The translations under genes were made by a program, and so were the position numbers. Of a DNA stretch of 64,000 nucleotides, positions 25,951 through 37,579 are shown one piece after another. The stretch lies in the NCBI GenBank assembly GCA_030390025.1, contig CM059431.1:109246001-109310000 (forward strand), in the 5' to 3' direction. The notes below the pieces were generated by a model that saw nothing but the letters and a program-made list of their open reading frames with translations, was not told where the DNA came from and did not search any database. The number at the start of each line of letters is the position of its first letter. Positions within the stretch are counted from its first letter, which is position 1. This DNA is from Squalus acanthias. Taxonomy: Eukaryota.

Positions 25951-26397
25951 TCATCGGGACCCCACGTGCATATCATAAAAAGGATCTGGCTGGCTTTGAG
26001 CAGACAACCTTGTCACGTGCTCAGGAGGTTAAAATACAAACCTGTCAGCTTCCGGCAGCTCAAAGGCGGGTTCGTCACTTGGGCGATTATAACTGCCCAC
26101 CCGCCCGGTTTACACATAGGATTAAAATCACCCCCGAGGGCTCGGTCACAATTTACAGATTTACACCAGATATTCTCTTGAGATCACAAGTCACTCCCCT
26201 AAGTGGGCCTCACATTCCCTACAATCTGGAGTGTCACTTTTGCTGTGTAATATCTAGTTAAACAATAGCTTGATCCAGGGATGGCAACAGAGAACCATTA
26301 CTCTGTCTACCAGTTACTGAATTATAACATGTGCCACCAAACCTCCTCGCTTTATGGATGGCAGACTGAAATAGCACTTTACAAAAACATGTAAAAA

Positions 26398-26800
26398 AAG
26401 ACTTGCATTTATACAATCTCAGGACTTCTCAAAGCGCTTTACAGCCAATGAAGTACAGTCACTGTTGTCATGCAAGAAATGTGGAGGCCAATTTACACAC
26501 AGCATGCTCCCACAACCAGCAATGTGATAATGGCCAGATGATTGTTTGAGGGATAAATACTGACCAAGGCACTGGGGAGAATTTCCCTCCTCTAATTTGA
26601 AATAGTCCACCTGAGAGGGCAAACGGGGACTCAGTTCAACATTTCATCCAAAAGACAGTTCTTTTGACAGTGCAGCGGTCCCTCAGTACTGCACTCGAGT
26701 GTCAACCTAGATTTTGTGCTCAGATTTCTGGAGTGGGACTTGAACCCACAACCTCCTGAATTAGAGGCCAGACTGCTGCCACTGAGCCATGACTGACACT
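26398..26800 (-). mobile_element. DeuSINE, near full length, diverged
   Basis: Head, Deu domain and tail all recognisable against the other copies. Confidence 0.85.
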
Positions 26801-26849
26801 GCTGCACTCAGACCTTCAATTGGCTTATTTACATAAAATACTATCAGTT

Positions 26850-27715
26850 CATTTCCGACAATCGTTTCTCCCCCTCATGTTTATATATTCATCTCCAGTG
26901 TGCCCAAGGCTCCATCCTTGGCACGCTTCCATTCCTCATCTAAATGCTGACACTCAGCAACACCATCTGCAAAGGATTCAGTTTCCATAGTACACTGATG
27001 GCACTTAACAATATTCCTCTGCCTCCACCTTTATTTCACAACTAATACTCTGTCTGTCTGAGCTCTGAACAAGTTGGAACTATCTCCATTTAATATCAGC
27101 AGGACTAAAGCAATCCCAGTTGTCTCCTGTCAGAGTCTTCATGCATTAAGTGCTGATCTTATTTCCATTCCCAGCTGCTCACTCCGGTTGAGCTCACAGA
27201 TACTTCTAATCCATCACCAAGATCGCTAATTCCTACCTCCCAAAGATTGCAGTCCTATTTCTGCTCTTCTGCTATTGAAATCCTCACCTATACCTTCAAG
27301 AAGATCTCAATGGTTGATTTGTCCAACACTCTCGACATTAATCTCACCAGCTGTAACCTATACACTAGCACAATCCCAGATCAAGTCCCACACCCATCAC
27401 TCCTCTCACTATCCACTGTCCCTGAGTACATTGGTTTGTCCTAATCTTCAAATAACTCCATGGCTTCTCTCGAAAGTACCTTCAGCCATACGTCTTATCT
27501 TCTTCACGCTCTGGTCTACAGGTCCCTCTCACTCCTCAGTTCCACCACAGATAGACTCTGTGAATTGTTTTCCTAAATCCCTTTGCTTCACTCTTCACTC
27601 CTTCAAAAACCTCCTCAAAAATGTAACTCTGTAACAATGCCTTTAGTCACCTGTCCTAAATTCTCCCCTACATCCTGCTCACTTTCCATTGTTTCCCACT
27701 GTAAAGCACATTGGG
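26850..27715 (+). mobile_element. Old, heavily decayed L2 LINE RT/3' region
   Basis: GTGTGCCCAAGGCTCCATCCTTGGCACGCTT is a decayed GVPQGSILGPLLF motif. Ends in CTTCAAAAACCTCCTCAAAA...GTAAAGCAC..TTGGGAC, like the L2 3' end. Confidence 0.6.
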
Positions 27716-27729
27716 ACATGAAAGGCATT

Positions 27730-28467
27730 GGGCTGGAAATTGCAGTCGGAGGCTTCCCGCGGGCGAATGCATCCGAACCACAAGTAAACTCCGCACCTAC
27801 CTGGTGCCTCCGTACCTTCGAAGACTCGCGCTCCTGGGCCTGCAGGTGTAACGCCTGCGTAAAGGCCCGCGGATCCCAGGGACGCAGGTGGTTCGCTAGC
27901 ATCCCAGAGATCACGTGGGCCAGCCCAACCAATCACAAAGGGGGGATTCCCATTATGCTTATGGGGATTCCATTTACGTACGGAGTCCCCATAAACATAA
28001 TGGAATCCACTAAAACACACACTTTCACAACACTGAAATAAAAAATAAATCATCACATGGTCAAAATTAATTAAAGTACAATTTAATTAAACATTTAAAA
28101 CAAAAATGTAATTTTTTGAAAAATAAATTTAAATATCTTTCAAGGGACCAAAAATAACCTGAACTAATTTTAAAGGTTTTTGTACGGTTAAATCATTAAA
28201 AAATATATACTTTAATATTTATTTAAACCCTTACATTGGTAAAAGAAGTCCTTATGCCTGCTTTTACCAGGCGTAAGGGTTTGGTGGGCAAGTAGTTGGG
28301 CAAAACCTGTGCCAGCAAATGCCCATTTCCTGCGGATTCGTACGATCGGTCGAGCTGAAACTTGACAGGTCGCAATTTCTGGGTTTACGCGCATGCGCAT
28401 CGCACACGGTAACCCGGAACTTGCGGGGCACTTAGTATGCGGTCGTAGTCCCCGGAAAATCCGGGCC
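27730..28467. mobile_element. Non-autonomous Harbinger-like element (MITE), CpG-rich arms with an AT-rich core
   Basis: Termini GGGCTGGAAATT and AAAATCCGGGCC are imperfect inverted repeats. A 3-bp direct repeat ATT lies on both sides (27727-27729, 28468-28470). Confidence 0.7.
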
Positions 28468-29364
28468 ATTATATATGTTGTTGCTACATTTCTAAGGACT
28501 ACTAGAGCTTTGCACTGACTAAAAACCAAGAGGTAGAATTTCACAGTTACTCCAAGAATGCTCAAAACATTCTCTGTGCATTGACCCTTACTCTCATTGC
28601 CCTTCCGAATATTCAAGGATTATTCCTCGAGGGACTCTAAGAGTAAATACATCACTCCTCACAACACAGGTGCAGTCCCACTTTCTGTACCGAAGCAGGC
28701 TGCAATCAAATCGAACAGGCAAAAGGAAGTAAATTAAAACATTCAAAGAATGTCATGGGCTCTTATCTATTAAACACCTAAAATATATTTGAACTGCTAA
28801 AATACGTTCAAGTAATTGAAACTTGAGATTGTTCCCTACAGTCTTTTAAACTGGTGTCTTTCCTGGTAGCATGAAAGATACTTTAAAGCTGCAAATTGAA
28901 TCTGCATAGACTTACGAGAGAAATTACACCGCATTCCCCAGAGCTATTTTAATTATACACATTCTAAAAACTTTCACTTTTTCTTTTATTAAGTTAAAGC
29001 CTCCCACTCAGCTAATGTTGTTGCCAGGCTCAGTCATGCTTCACTCCATTCTGCTTTTCTGCAGTCCTGTTAAATTCTCACCTTGCTCTGCCCTTGTCAT
29101 CAAGTCATTCAAGCACAAAGCAGGGAGCACAGGAGTGTTTACTCATTTCCCAAGTCCATTATCTCACACATTAATCAACATTCTGTAACTTTCAGGCAAC
29201 AGCAAATCTGTTACAGCTTTTTTCTCTGCCTGTATCGCCCCTGAATCCACTGGCTCAGCTGTATATTTATATTGGTTTTATTTATATAGTGAATGGACTC
29301 ATTCAAGACATTTCTATGTATTTGGTCCTTGCAGGTTTTGCTGATGATGCGCTTATTTCTTATA

Positions 29365-29742
29365 ACAACAACACCTTGCATTTATACAGCGCCTTTAACA
29401 TAGTAAAATGTCCCAAGGCGCGTCACAGGAGCGTTATCACACAAAATTTGACACCGAGCCACATCAGGAGCTATTAGGACAGATGACCAAAAGCTTGGAC
29501 AAAGAGATTTAAGGAGTGTCTTAAAGGAGGAGAGCGAGGTGGAGAGGCGGAGAGGTTTAGGGAGGGAATTCCAGAGTTTAGGGCCGAGGCAGCTGAAGGC
29601 ATGGCCGCCAAAGGTAGAGCAAAGAGAATCGGGGATGCGCAAGAGGTCAGAATTGGAGGAGCGCAGAGATCTCGGAGGTTTGTAGGGCTGGAGGAGATTA
29701 CAGAGAAAGGGAGGGGCGAGTCCATGGAGGGATTTGAACACA
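29365..29742 (-). mobile_element. L2 LINE 3' fragment
   Basis: ORF FKSLHGLAPPFLCNLLQPYKPPRSLRSS...GGHAFSCLGPKLWNSLP is a typical L2 ORF2 C-terminus, followed by a (GTT)n tail. Confidence 0.88.
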
Positions 29743-29744
29743 AA

Positions 29745-30058
29745 GAAAGAAAGAACGAACTTGCATTTATATATTACTTTTCACAACCTCATGACATCCC
29801 AAAGCACTTTACACTACTTTTTTTGAAGTGTAGTCACTGTTGTAATGTCGAAAAAGCGGCAGACAATTTGCGCACAGCAAGCTCCCACAAACAGCAATGT
29901 GATAATGACCAGATAATCTGTATTTAGTGGTGTTGGTTGAGGGATAAATATTGGCCCCAGAACACTGGGGAGAACTCCCTTGTTCTTCTTCGAAATAGTG
30001 GCCGTGGGATCTTTTACGTTCACCTGAAAGGAGCAGACGGGGCCTCGGTTTAACGTCG
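29745..30058 (-). mobile_element. DeuSINE, 5'-truncated
   Basis: Deu domain plus tail, directly abutting the L2 fragment. Confidence 0.85.
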
Positions 30059-30486
30059 AAAGGATCCAGCACCAATTTATGAGGCATAGTGATAGATTGT
30101 GTGTTTAGTGAGGAAATATCATTGAAGTCAGAACTTGATTTTACTAATGGCCCGAGTTTTCAAACCTTCAGAATCTAATCCCTGAGTAACAATTAACAAT
30201 GAATAAGAATCCCAGGATAGAGCAATGGTTGATTCTCTTTGAATAGGGGGTGCAGTGGCTTTAAACTGTCTGACCAAGTATTTGTTTGGGTCTTTGAGTA
30301 AGGACAGCAGCCCAGTGAAACAGAAGATAAAGTGCTTGTCATGTTCAAATATATCACACAGCAGGAAATCAGATTCAAGGCACTAGTTTTACATTTTAAC
30401 AATGGTTTTAAAGGGGCGGAGTCTGAATCATTCAATGTGGTACAAATGAAAGAAACACTCAGTTGAACTCTGACTACACATATCAG

Positions 30487-30718
30487 TGGTCATGATGCGG
30501 AGATGCCGGTGTTGGACTGGGGTGGACAAAAATGAGAAGTCGCACAACACCAGGTTATAGTCCAACAGTTTTATTTGAAATCACAAGCTTTCGGAGCTTA
30601 CGTGGCCCCTTCCTCAGGTGAAGTCACCTGAGGAAGGGGCCACGTAAGCTCCGAAAGCTTGTGATTTCAAATAAAACTGTTGGACTATAACCTGGTGTTG
30701 TGCGACTTCTCATTTTTG
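30487..30718. mobile_element. Penelope-like element (PLE) terminal fragment, present as a perfect inverted repeat
   Basis: Perfect 96-bp arms (30526-30621 and 30624-30719) with a 2-nt loop. A 12-bp direct repeat TACACATATCAG at 30475-30486 and 30719-30730. Contains CTGAGGA..GAAAGCTT followed by AATAAA, typical of PLE pseudo-LTRs. Confidence 0.8.
30624..30664 (+). ncRNA. Minimal type I hammerhead-ribozyme-like motif (mirror copy on the minus strand at 30581-30621)
   Basis: Stem I UCAC/GUGA; core CUGAGGA plus one extra A; stem II GGGGC/GCUCC; GAAA; palindromic AAGCUU in place of helix III; putative cleavage after 30660. Confidence 0.6.
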
Positions 30719-30869
30719 TACACATATCAGAGTTGTGGAGTTAAAGACGTGAAGAGATGTTGCACAACCATTTGTTTTGTCAAAAAATACTTCATTTAGC
30801 AACAGACAGTATTCAACCACTGTGGATGTGGACAACAAAATTAAATGTGACTCAAAATTACCCTTGAAA

Positions 30870-31238
30870 CGTGGCTCAGTGGGTAGCACACTCGCCTCTG
30901 AGTCAGAAGGTTGTGGGTTCAAGTCCCACTCCAGGGACTTATGCACAAAAATCTAGCCTGACACTCCAGTGCAGTGCTGAGGGAGCGCTATTTCGAAGAA
31001 GAGCAGGGGAGTTATCCCCGGTGTCCTGGGGTCAATATTTATCCCTCAATTAACATCACTAAACACAGATTATCTGGTCATTATCACATTGCTGTTTGTA
31101 GGAGCTTGCTGTGGGCAAACTGGCTGCTGCATTTCCTACATTACAACAGTGACTACACTTCAAAAATACCTCATTGGCTGTAAAACACTTTGGGACGTCC
31201 GGTGGTCGTGAAAGGCGCTATATAAATGCAAGTCTTTC
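30870..31238 (+). mobile_element. DeuSINE with an internal deletion
   Basis: Head GTGGCTCAGTGGGTAGCAC..GGTTCAAGTCCC. It jumps from GAGGGAGCG to CTATTTCGAAG (Deu-domain segment missing). Tail intact. Confidence 0.88.
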
Positions 31239-32187
31239 TTGCTTTATTCCAGAACAATAGACACTTATTTGGTCATCATCATCTTCTGCTTATAGTTTTT
31301 GCCAATGGCTGCCAGACAACAGTGGTTGTGGTGGACATGGGGAAATAAGATGCTTTCCTATACTGCTTGAATAGAGGAGAAAATAGATTACTCAAGGAAG
31401 TGTCTTAATACTTTAGGCAATGAGAAGCTGGACCTGTTTTGCTTCTTTAAGGAGTGGCTCAAGCCAACATGATCCTGTCCCTGTCTGATGCTCACATACG
31501 TGCTCTTTTAAAAAATGCTCTTCGAGTTACAGTGATTTGCATATATTTTATAGATCATTACTTATTGGAAAGTAATTTGCAGCTGAGCACACTTGAGGCT
31601 TTCTTCCTGTTTAACTGGAACCTTTACTCTATCTCTCTCTCTGAATAGCTCAGTATCACAGGTCATTTCATTCGTATCAACAGTTCCTTTACGGCGAAAA
31701 GATCACTTTCATCAAGGAAATTCAGGTTACAGAAATAAACTGCATTAATTCAAAATTGACCAATTACTGAAAATCTAAATCATGCCTCTTTTAAAATAGG
31801 AACAAATGATCCATAAAATGAAAAGGCCCAAAACGAAAAATAACATTGTAAATTCAGATAGAGCATGTTCCATCTACCAAGGACATAGTGCTTGTGAATG
31901 AACTCTCCCCCTGCTACCCTTTTGGTAGTAACAGGTCCTGCACTTTACGCATGTAACTCGAAATGAAAAAAGGAGCGTGTGATGCTAAATATACTGAGCA
32001 CTGTGTATCGGATTATTTCCTTCTTCTTTTGTAAAGTACAGGATTATTTACCCCTGTCCTTTATAAAGTACAAGATTGTTAATCCCTCTCCTCCCATACT
32101 GTGTAGAATTACTCCCCACCTCTCCTTCTGTACAATATAGCAATATTACCCCTTCTTTCCATACAGTACAGCATTATTATTATTTCG

Positions 32188-32197
32188 GTGTCAGCCA

Positions 32198-32236
<39 letters not shown>

Positions 32237-32610
32237 ATTCTGGGTTCAAGCCCCACTCCAGAGACTTGAGCACAAAAATCTAGGCTGACACTCCAGTGCA
32301 GTGCTGAGGGAGTGCTGCACTGTCGGAGGTGCCATCTTTCAGATGAGATGTTAAACCGAGGCTCTGACTACTCTCTCAGGCGGATGTGAAAGATTCTCCC
32401 CAGTGTCCTGGCCAATATTTATTCCTCAATCAACATCACAAAAACAGATTATCTGGTCATTATCACAGTGCTGTTTGTGGGAGATGCTGTGCGCAATTTG
32501 GCTGCTGCGTTTCCCACACTACAACAGTGACTACACTTCAAAAGTGTTTCATTCACTGTAAAGCACTTTCTGAGGTCGTGAAAGGCGCTATAGAAATGCA
32601 AGTCTTTCTT
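32188..32610 (+). mobile_element. DeuSINE, near full length
   Basis: GTGTCAGCC head through the GCAAGTCTTTCTTTC tail. Confidence 0.88.
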
Positions 32611-32697
32611 TCTATCTATTCATCCCTCCCTATATAGTACAGGGTTAATACCCCCTCTTTCCATGCAGTTCAGAATTATTAATCCCTCTGAGTATAG

Positions 32698-32823
32698 TGT
32701 CGGTCCCGCACAGCTCGGGACCGGCTTTTTCGATGTTAAATTTCGTGCATGCGCAAAGCTGTGAATGGGCCGTGCAGCCCCTTAAAGGGACCGGGCTTCC
32801 CCCCAAAAGTAGGGGAAACATTG
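32698..32823 (+). mobile_element. hAT MITE family A, left end truncated
   Basis: Ends in GGGGAAACATTG. Internal homology to 59820-59979. Confidence 0.65.
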
Positions 32824-32882
32824 ATTATTACCCCCTCAGTACAGAATTATTAATCCGTCTTCCTATAGTACAGGATTATTAC

Positions 32883-33008
32883 CTATGTTCCCTTTAAGCT
32901 GCACGGCCTCTGGGAACTTCCCGTGCAGCCAGCTCGCAATCTTTTCAATGCAAAAAAAAAACCTTAAAGGGGCCGCGCACCCAAAAAAAAAAATTAGAGG
33001 CAGCATTG
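32883..33008 (+). mobile_element. hAT MITE family A
   Basis: Ends CTATGTTCCC and GAGGCAGCATTG, with a perfect 8-bp TSD ATTATTAC (32875-32882, 33009-33016). Confidence 0.8.
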
Positions 33009-33631
33009 ATTATTACCCCCTGTTTACATTTAGTACAGGAGTATTGATCCTCTGTGTACAGTAAAGGACTACCCCCCTCCTCTTTCCATAGAGTACAGAA
33101 CTATTATCCCCCATTCTCTCCTGCTTTATAATACATGGTTATCACCACTTTCAACTGTCTGCAACTTTATCACCCTCTTTCCCCCTTTGCCAGAGATTAT
33201 TACCCTCTATCGACACTGCCAAAATATACAAATTATCCTCCAGCTCTCCTCTTGCAAAAGTGACTTCAAAATACAGAGATTGCAAAATACTTCCGCTTGC
33301 TCTTCAGATAATTGAGACTAACATGTGGGAACAAGATTTGAGAAAAAAATAAACAAATTATATGTTTATGTTACCACAGCCGAGAGCCCCATCCACACAC
33401 ATTTCTGTCAACCGCTGCGTTTAAAAAAAAAATCACTATCTAGCAGTGATTATTCGGCTTGTTTGAGGACTGGCACAGACCTGTGCTGACCACGTCAGTG
33501 CTGGCACAGCTCCCAACTCACAACTCAGCTTTGGAACCACAGAAGAACATCTGGCTCTCCTTCCGTCTTTGATACGATCGGTTTGGATGAAGCAGGCCCT
33601 TTCGCTCATTCGATTTTGCCATTCCGCAAAA

Positions 33632-34092
33632 GAAAGAAAGACTTGCATTTATATAGCGCCTTTCACAACCACCGGACATCTCAAAGCGCTTTACAGCCAA
33701 TGAAGTACTTTTTGAAGTGGAGTCACTGTTGTGATGTGGGAGCCAATTTGCACACAGCAAGCTCCCACAAACAGCAATGTGATAATGACCAGATAATCTG
33801 TTTTTGTTATGTTGATTGAGGGATAAATATTGGCCAGGACACCAGGGATAAATCCCCTGCACTTCTTTGAAATAGTGCCATGGGATCTTTTACATCCACC
33901 TGAGAGAGCAGACGGGGCCTTGGTTTAATGTCTCATCTGAAAGACGGCACCTCCGACAGTGCAGCACTCCCTCAGCACTGCACTGGAGTGTCAGCCTAGC
34001 TTTATGTGCTCAAGTTCCTGGAGTGGGACCTGAACCCACAACCTTCTGACTCAGAGGCAGTGTGCTGCCCACTGAGCCACAGGCTGACACTG
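33632..34092 (-). mobile_element. DeuSINE, full length
   Basis: Head, Deu domain and (TTTC)n tail all present. Confidence 0.9.
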
Positions 34093-34155
34093 ACGAGTCT
34101 ATGGGTCATTCCCATGACAGTGCCTTGCCGTTTCTTCAGTGACACCAGTGAGCGC

Positions 34156-35048
34156 TGTAAGATCTTAATGATCTCTGAGTTCTTGGACAAGACACCAATA
34201 GGCAGCAGCCAGTATGTTTGAGCAATAGATCAAGATTTATTAAGCTTACAGCGTAATATACTTAACAATAGGCGATAGTTTTAACGAGTAGCTCACAGCC
34301 CTTGGTCTCTGGAACCTCTCGGACACAGATGACATCGTCTTAAGTCTGTTCCTTTGTCCTCGCTTTACGTCTGTGCAAAGTTGTTCTTTGAGTATCGAGG
34401 TTTTAACCCTTTTCTTATCAAAAGTTGGTTTGGCCAGTGTCCGTATATGGTCTTTAACAAAATCACCTGTTTTAATTGGTTCTAATGGTCAAAATACCAT
34501 TGTCACTCAGACTAAGGTAGCATCCCGCCTTTCTAGTATTTTTCCACCAACTTTGCCATGCTCAGTGTTATCTTGTTTATAGTTTTTCACCCCATTGGAA
34601 TTTACTTTATCTCTTTCATTTCCTGCCTCCCTGGTACAAGGCCTTTATACCAAGGGCCCATATCAGCGCTGTTTCACTAGTCTTGAGGAATCCAAACTAT
34701 CTCACTTTAATCGACCAGATAAATACCTTATCTCCATGATCTCTCTCATTTTATGTCCTTATACTAATTATTTTTTAAATATCGTTGCAATTAGTTTTAT
34801 TAAGCGAATTCCACTTTCTACTTAGCATCATAATATGTTATTTAATGATTTAACCTTCACTCGCAGTCTGTGGCTGTTTGTTATCAAAACTTAGTCAAAA
34901 CTGCTTTTGACTGTTTGTAGCTACATTTTGAACAAGTCTTAGCTTTTTTAGTTACCCAGGAGTAATTATGGGTAATATTATTTGGTCAATGGCTACACTT
35001 GAATTTATATGTATATGATTCTCGTCTACTAAATATCTCTAAATATCA
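34156..35048 (-). mobile_element. Solo LTR (ERV or Gypsy-like), ~893 bp
   Basis: TG...CA termini (TGTAAG / ATATCA) and a 4-bp TSD GCGC (34152-34155, 35049-35052). AATAAA on the minus strand at 34236-34241, near the 3' end. No internal coding sequence. Confidence 0.65.
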
Positions 35049-35509
35049 GCGCTCTGTCACTCCACTGACTGACGGGTACTTGCACCACTTGTACAGCCTC
35101 GTTGCCCCTTTAGACTGCCCGATCGCTTTGCCACAACACAAAAGTGTCTCCTTTGAAAGGTGCGAGTCATTGGGTCTACCACTTCTCTGTGGCGGTTGAT
35201 CTGTGACTCAGCGATGTAGCAGGGTCGCATGCTGCTTACCGGAGAACATCTGCTGGAAACCCGCCAGCTGCTTTCCTCTGGGTGCAGCACAGCCAGGTGT
35301 TTGGCATTTGACAAAGATTCCACGCTACCCCAGCAGTCTTGGATGTCACGTGACAGCGGTCACATGTTTGCATTTGCACTGAGCCGAGGTGGCATGTGGG
35401 CGAGCGCCAAGGAGTGCACTGATTCGTTGCTACAAACACAGATACATAGGAGGAGAAATTCACGTAGCGCCCGAAACTGGCGCGGAACTGGCGCTGTGAC
35501 TGGAACCGT

Positions 35510-36025
35510 GGCTGGAAATTGGGCCCGGTCCTCATTTGCATAAAACCGGCGAGCACCGGACCCGAGTTGTGCTCTCCAATGTAGCTCACCCCGGTTGGGG
35601 CTTTTGGAAATTCAGCAAAACTCCAACGCCAAGCCAGCCCGCAGGTAGGTCCTGGGAGGTGGTGGAGGGAGGGAGGCGGACCGTGGTGGGGGCTAACCTA
35701 GGCCGGCAGCGGCCCTCAGTATATTAGTGGAACCAGGAGGGAGGACTCCTGCTCCTCCTGGCTTCACAGAAACAAAAACTATTGAAAAGTCTCTTAGCTT
35801 TTTGTGGGTGGCCTCCAGCAGCCCCTTTCAGGACCAATGGTTTAGGCTGCAGTAAATCTGGAGCATGCTCCACCCAGGTGATGACGAATATCGAGGTGGG
35901 TCCTAAAACAAACGTTAAGACCCTGATTTTCACGTTCAAGGTGGCTAACGCCTGCTCCAATTTGGAAGCCGGCACACTTCTGGGGGAGATTGGGTGCAGG
36001 ACATCATGACCCGAAATTGGTCCCC
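35510..36025. mobile_element. Harbinger-like non-autonomous element, diverged
   Basis: Starts GGCTGGAAATTGGG, like the element at 27730. GC-rich arms. Ends CGAAATTGGTCCCC. TSD not resolved. Confidence 0.5.
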
Positions 36026-36414
36026 CTCAATGCTAAGTTTTCACCCAATAAACAGGGAACCAAAAGATGAGAACCAATTCCTCCCCCCGTGGACACTTAA
36101 GTTCAAAGCACCCGCTGTCGATGGGGAAAGCGGACGATTGGCATGCGGGAATGATGATTGTGGTGCGGCAGATATGAAACTGCGCACACTGCATTTTCCT
36201 GTAGGAAATTGGGCGGCAGGACCTTGACCTGTTCCAAAGCCAACCCTTTAAAGATATTGTCAGCACTGGCATCTCTAATTTGTTCTTAAGTCGCTGTAAA
36301 TCACAGAGATTGAGCCCCAGGACTGATCAGCAGGAACCACTGCTTATATTCTTGATATCAATCTCTGCTGAAAATAATTAAAATTTCCCTCATTCAGAAT
36401 TATTTGCAATTTTT

Positions 36415-36556
36415 AAATCACGTTAGGCAAGGGTATTAAGGGTTACGGAACCAAGGCGGGTAGATGGAGTTAAGATATAGATCTGCCATGATATAATTGA
36501 ATGGCGGAACAGGCTCAAGGGGCTGAATGGCCTACTTCTGTTCTCATGTTCCTGTT
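36415..36556 (+). mobile_element. CR1 3' terminal fragment
   Basis: GCCATGAT..AATTGAATGGCGGAACAGGCTCAAGGGGCTGAATGGCCTACT, homologous to 47350-47440. Confidence 0.8.
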
Positions 36557-36829
36557 CAAATCGTAACTTTTTTTTCCCAGACCGTACTTGTTTGTAAAAG
36601 AAAATGTCATGGTTGGTCTAACACACTGGCATGCTGTGCCATGGCGTAACAGTACAACACTTTGTACCTGTAATTCCCACATATCGAGCTCCCAAACTCA
36701 GCGTAGCCATTACGAGGAGTCATTGAGCAGAGAGGTGCTCTCCCCACAGTGATGTTCTCCCCACAGCATCGAAGGCAAAATAGGGAGGGGAGAGTGGGAG
36801 AAATCATTCCCCTGCACCTCCAGCTTCAA

Positions 36830-37290
36830 AAAGAAAGACTTGCATTTCTATAGCGCCTTTCACAACCACCGGACGTCCCAAAGCGCTTTAGAGCCAATGA
36901 AGTACTTTTTTGAAGTGCAGTCACTGTTGTAATGTAGGAAACGTGGCAGCCAATTTGCACACAGCAAGCTCCCACAAACAGCAATGTGATAATGACCAGA
37001 TAATCTGTTTTAGTGATGTTGATTGAGGGATAAATATTGGCCAGGACACTGGGGATAACTCCCCTGCTCTTCTTCGAAATAGTGGCCATGGGATCTTTTA
37101 CTTCCACCTGAGAGAGCAGACGGGGCCTCGGTTTAACGTCTCATCCGAAAGACGGCACTTCTGACAGTGCAGCACTCCCTCAGCACTGCACTGGAGTGTC
37201 AGCCTAGATTTTTGTGCTCAAGTCTCTGGAGTGGGACTTGAACCCACAACCTTCTGAGGTTACAACCCACTGAGCCATTGGCTGACACTA
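36830..37290 (-). mobile_element. DeuSINE, full length, close to the family consensus
   Basis: Head, Deu domain and tail all present. Confidence 0.9.
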
Positions 37291-37404
37291 CAAGTGGCGC
37301 TGGCAGAGGCCTAGGAGAGGTTACCTGAACTCTGAGCCAGGAAGTGTAGCGAAGGTCCTGCATGAAGCTACTTTAGAACCTCCACACCACCCACAAGAAT
37401 TTAT

Positions 37405-37579
37405 GGGATGGATCTTCGATTTGCCGCCCGGGTTTGCAGATCGACTGCCCAAAATAGAAGCTGCCCAACTTTTATTTCTATTTACTTCAGTGGACATGGA
37501 AACCAGGGCAGATTCAGTAATGAGCAGCCTATCCACAACCACAGTAATGTGCCCGGGCGACAGGTTGAAAATTTACCCC
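37405..37579. mobile_element. Short palindromic MITE remnant
   Basis: GGGATGGATCTTCGATTTGCCGCCCGGG matches the reverse complement of the right end, GGGGTAAATTTTCAACCTGTCGCCCGGG. Confidence 0.5.

Larger units (their letters stand above)
31990..33210. repeat. Old diverged ~30-35-bp minisatellite (core AGTACAGGATTATTACCCCCT), interrupted by a SINE and two hAT MITEs
   Basis: Recurrent AGTACAG(G/A)ATTATT..CCC motifs at ~32035, 32066, 32165, 32635, 32837, 32866, 33031, 33092. Confidence 0.7.
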
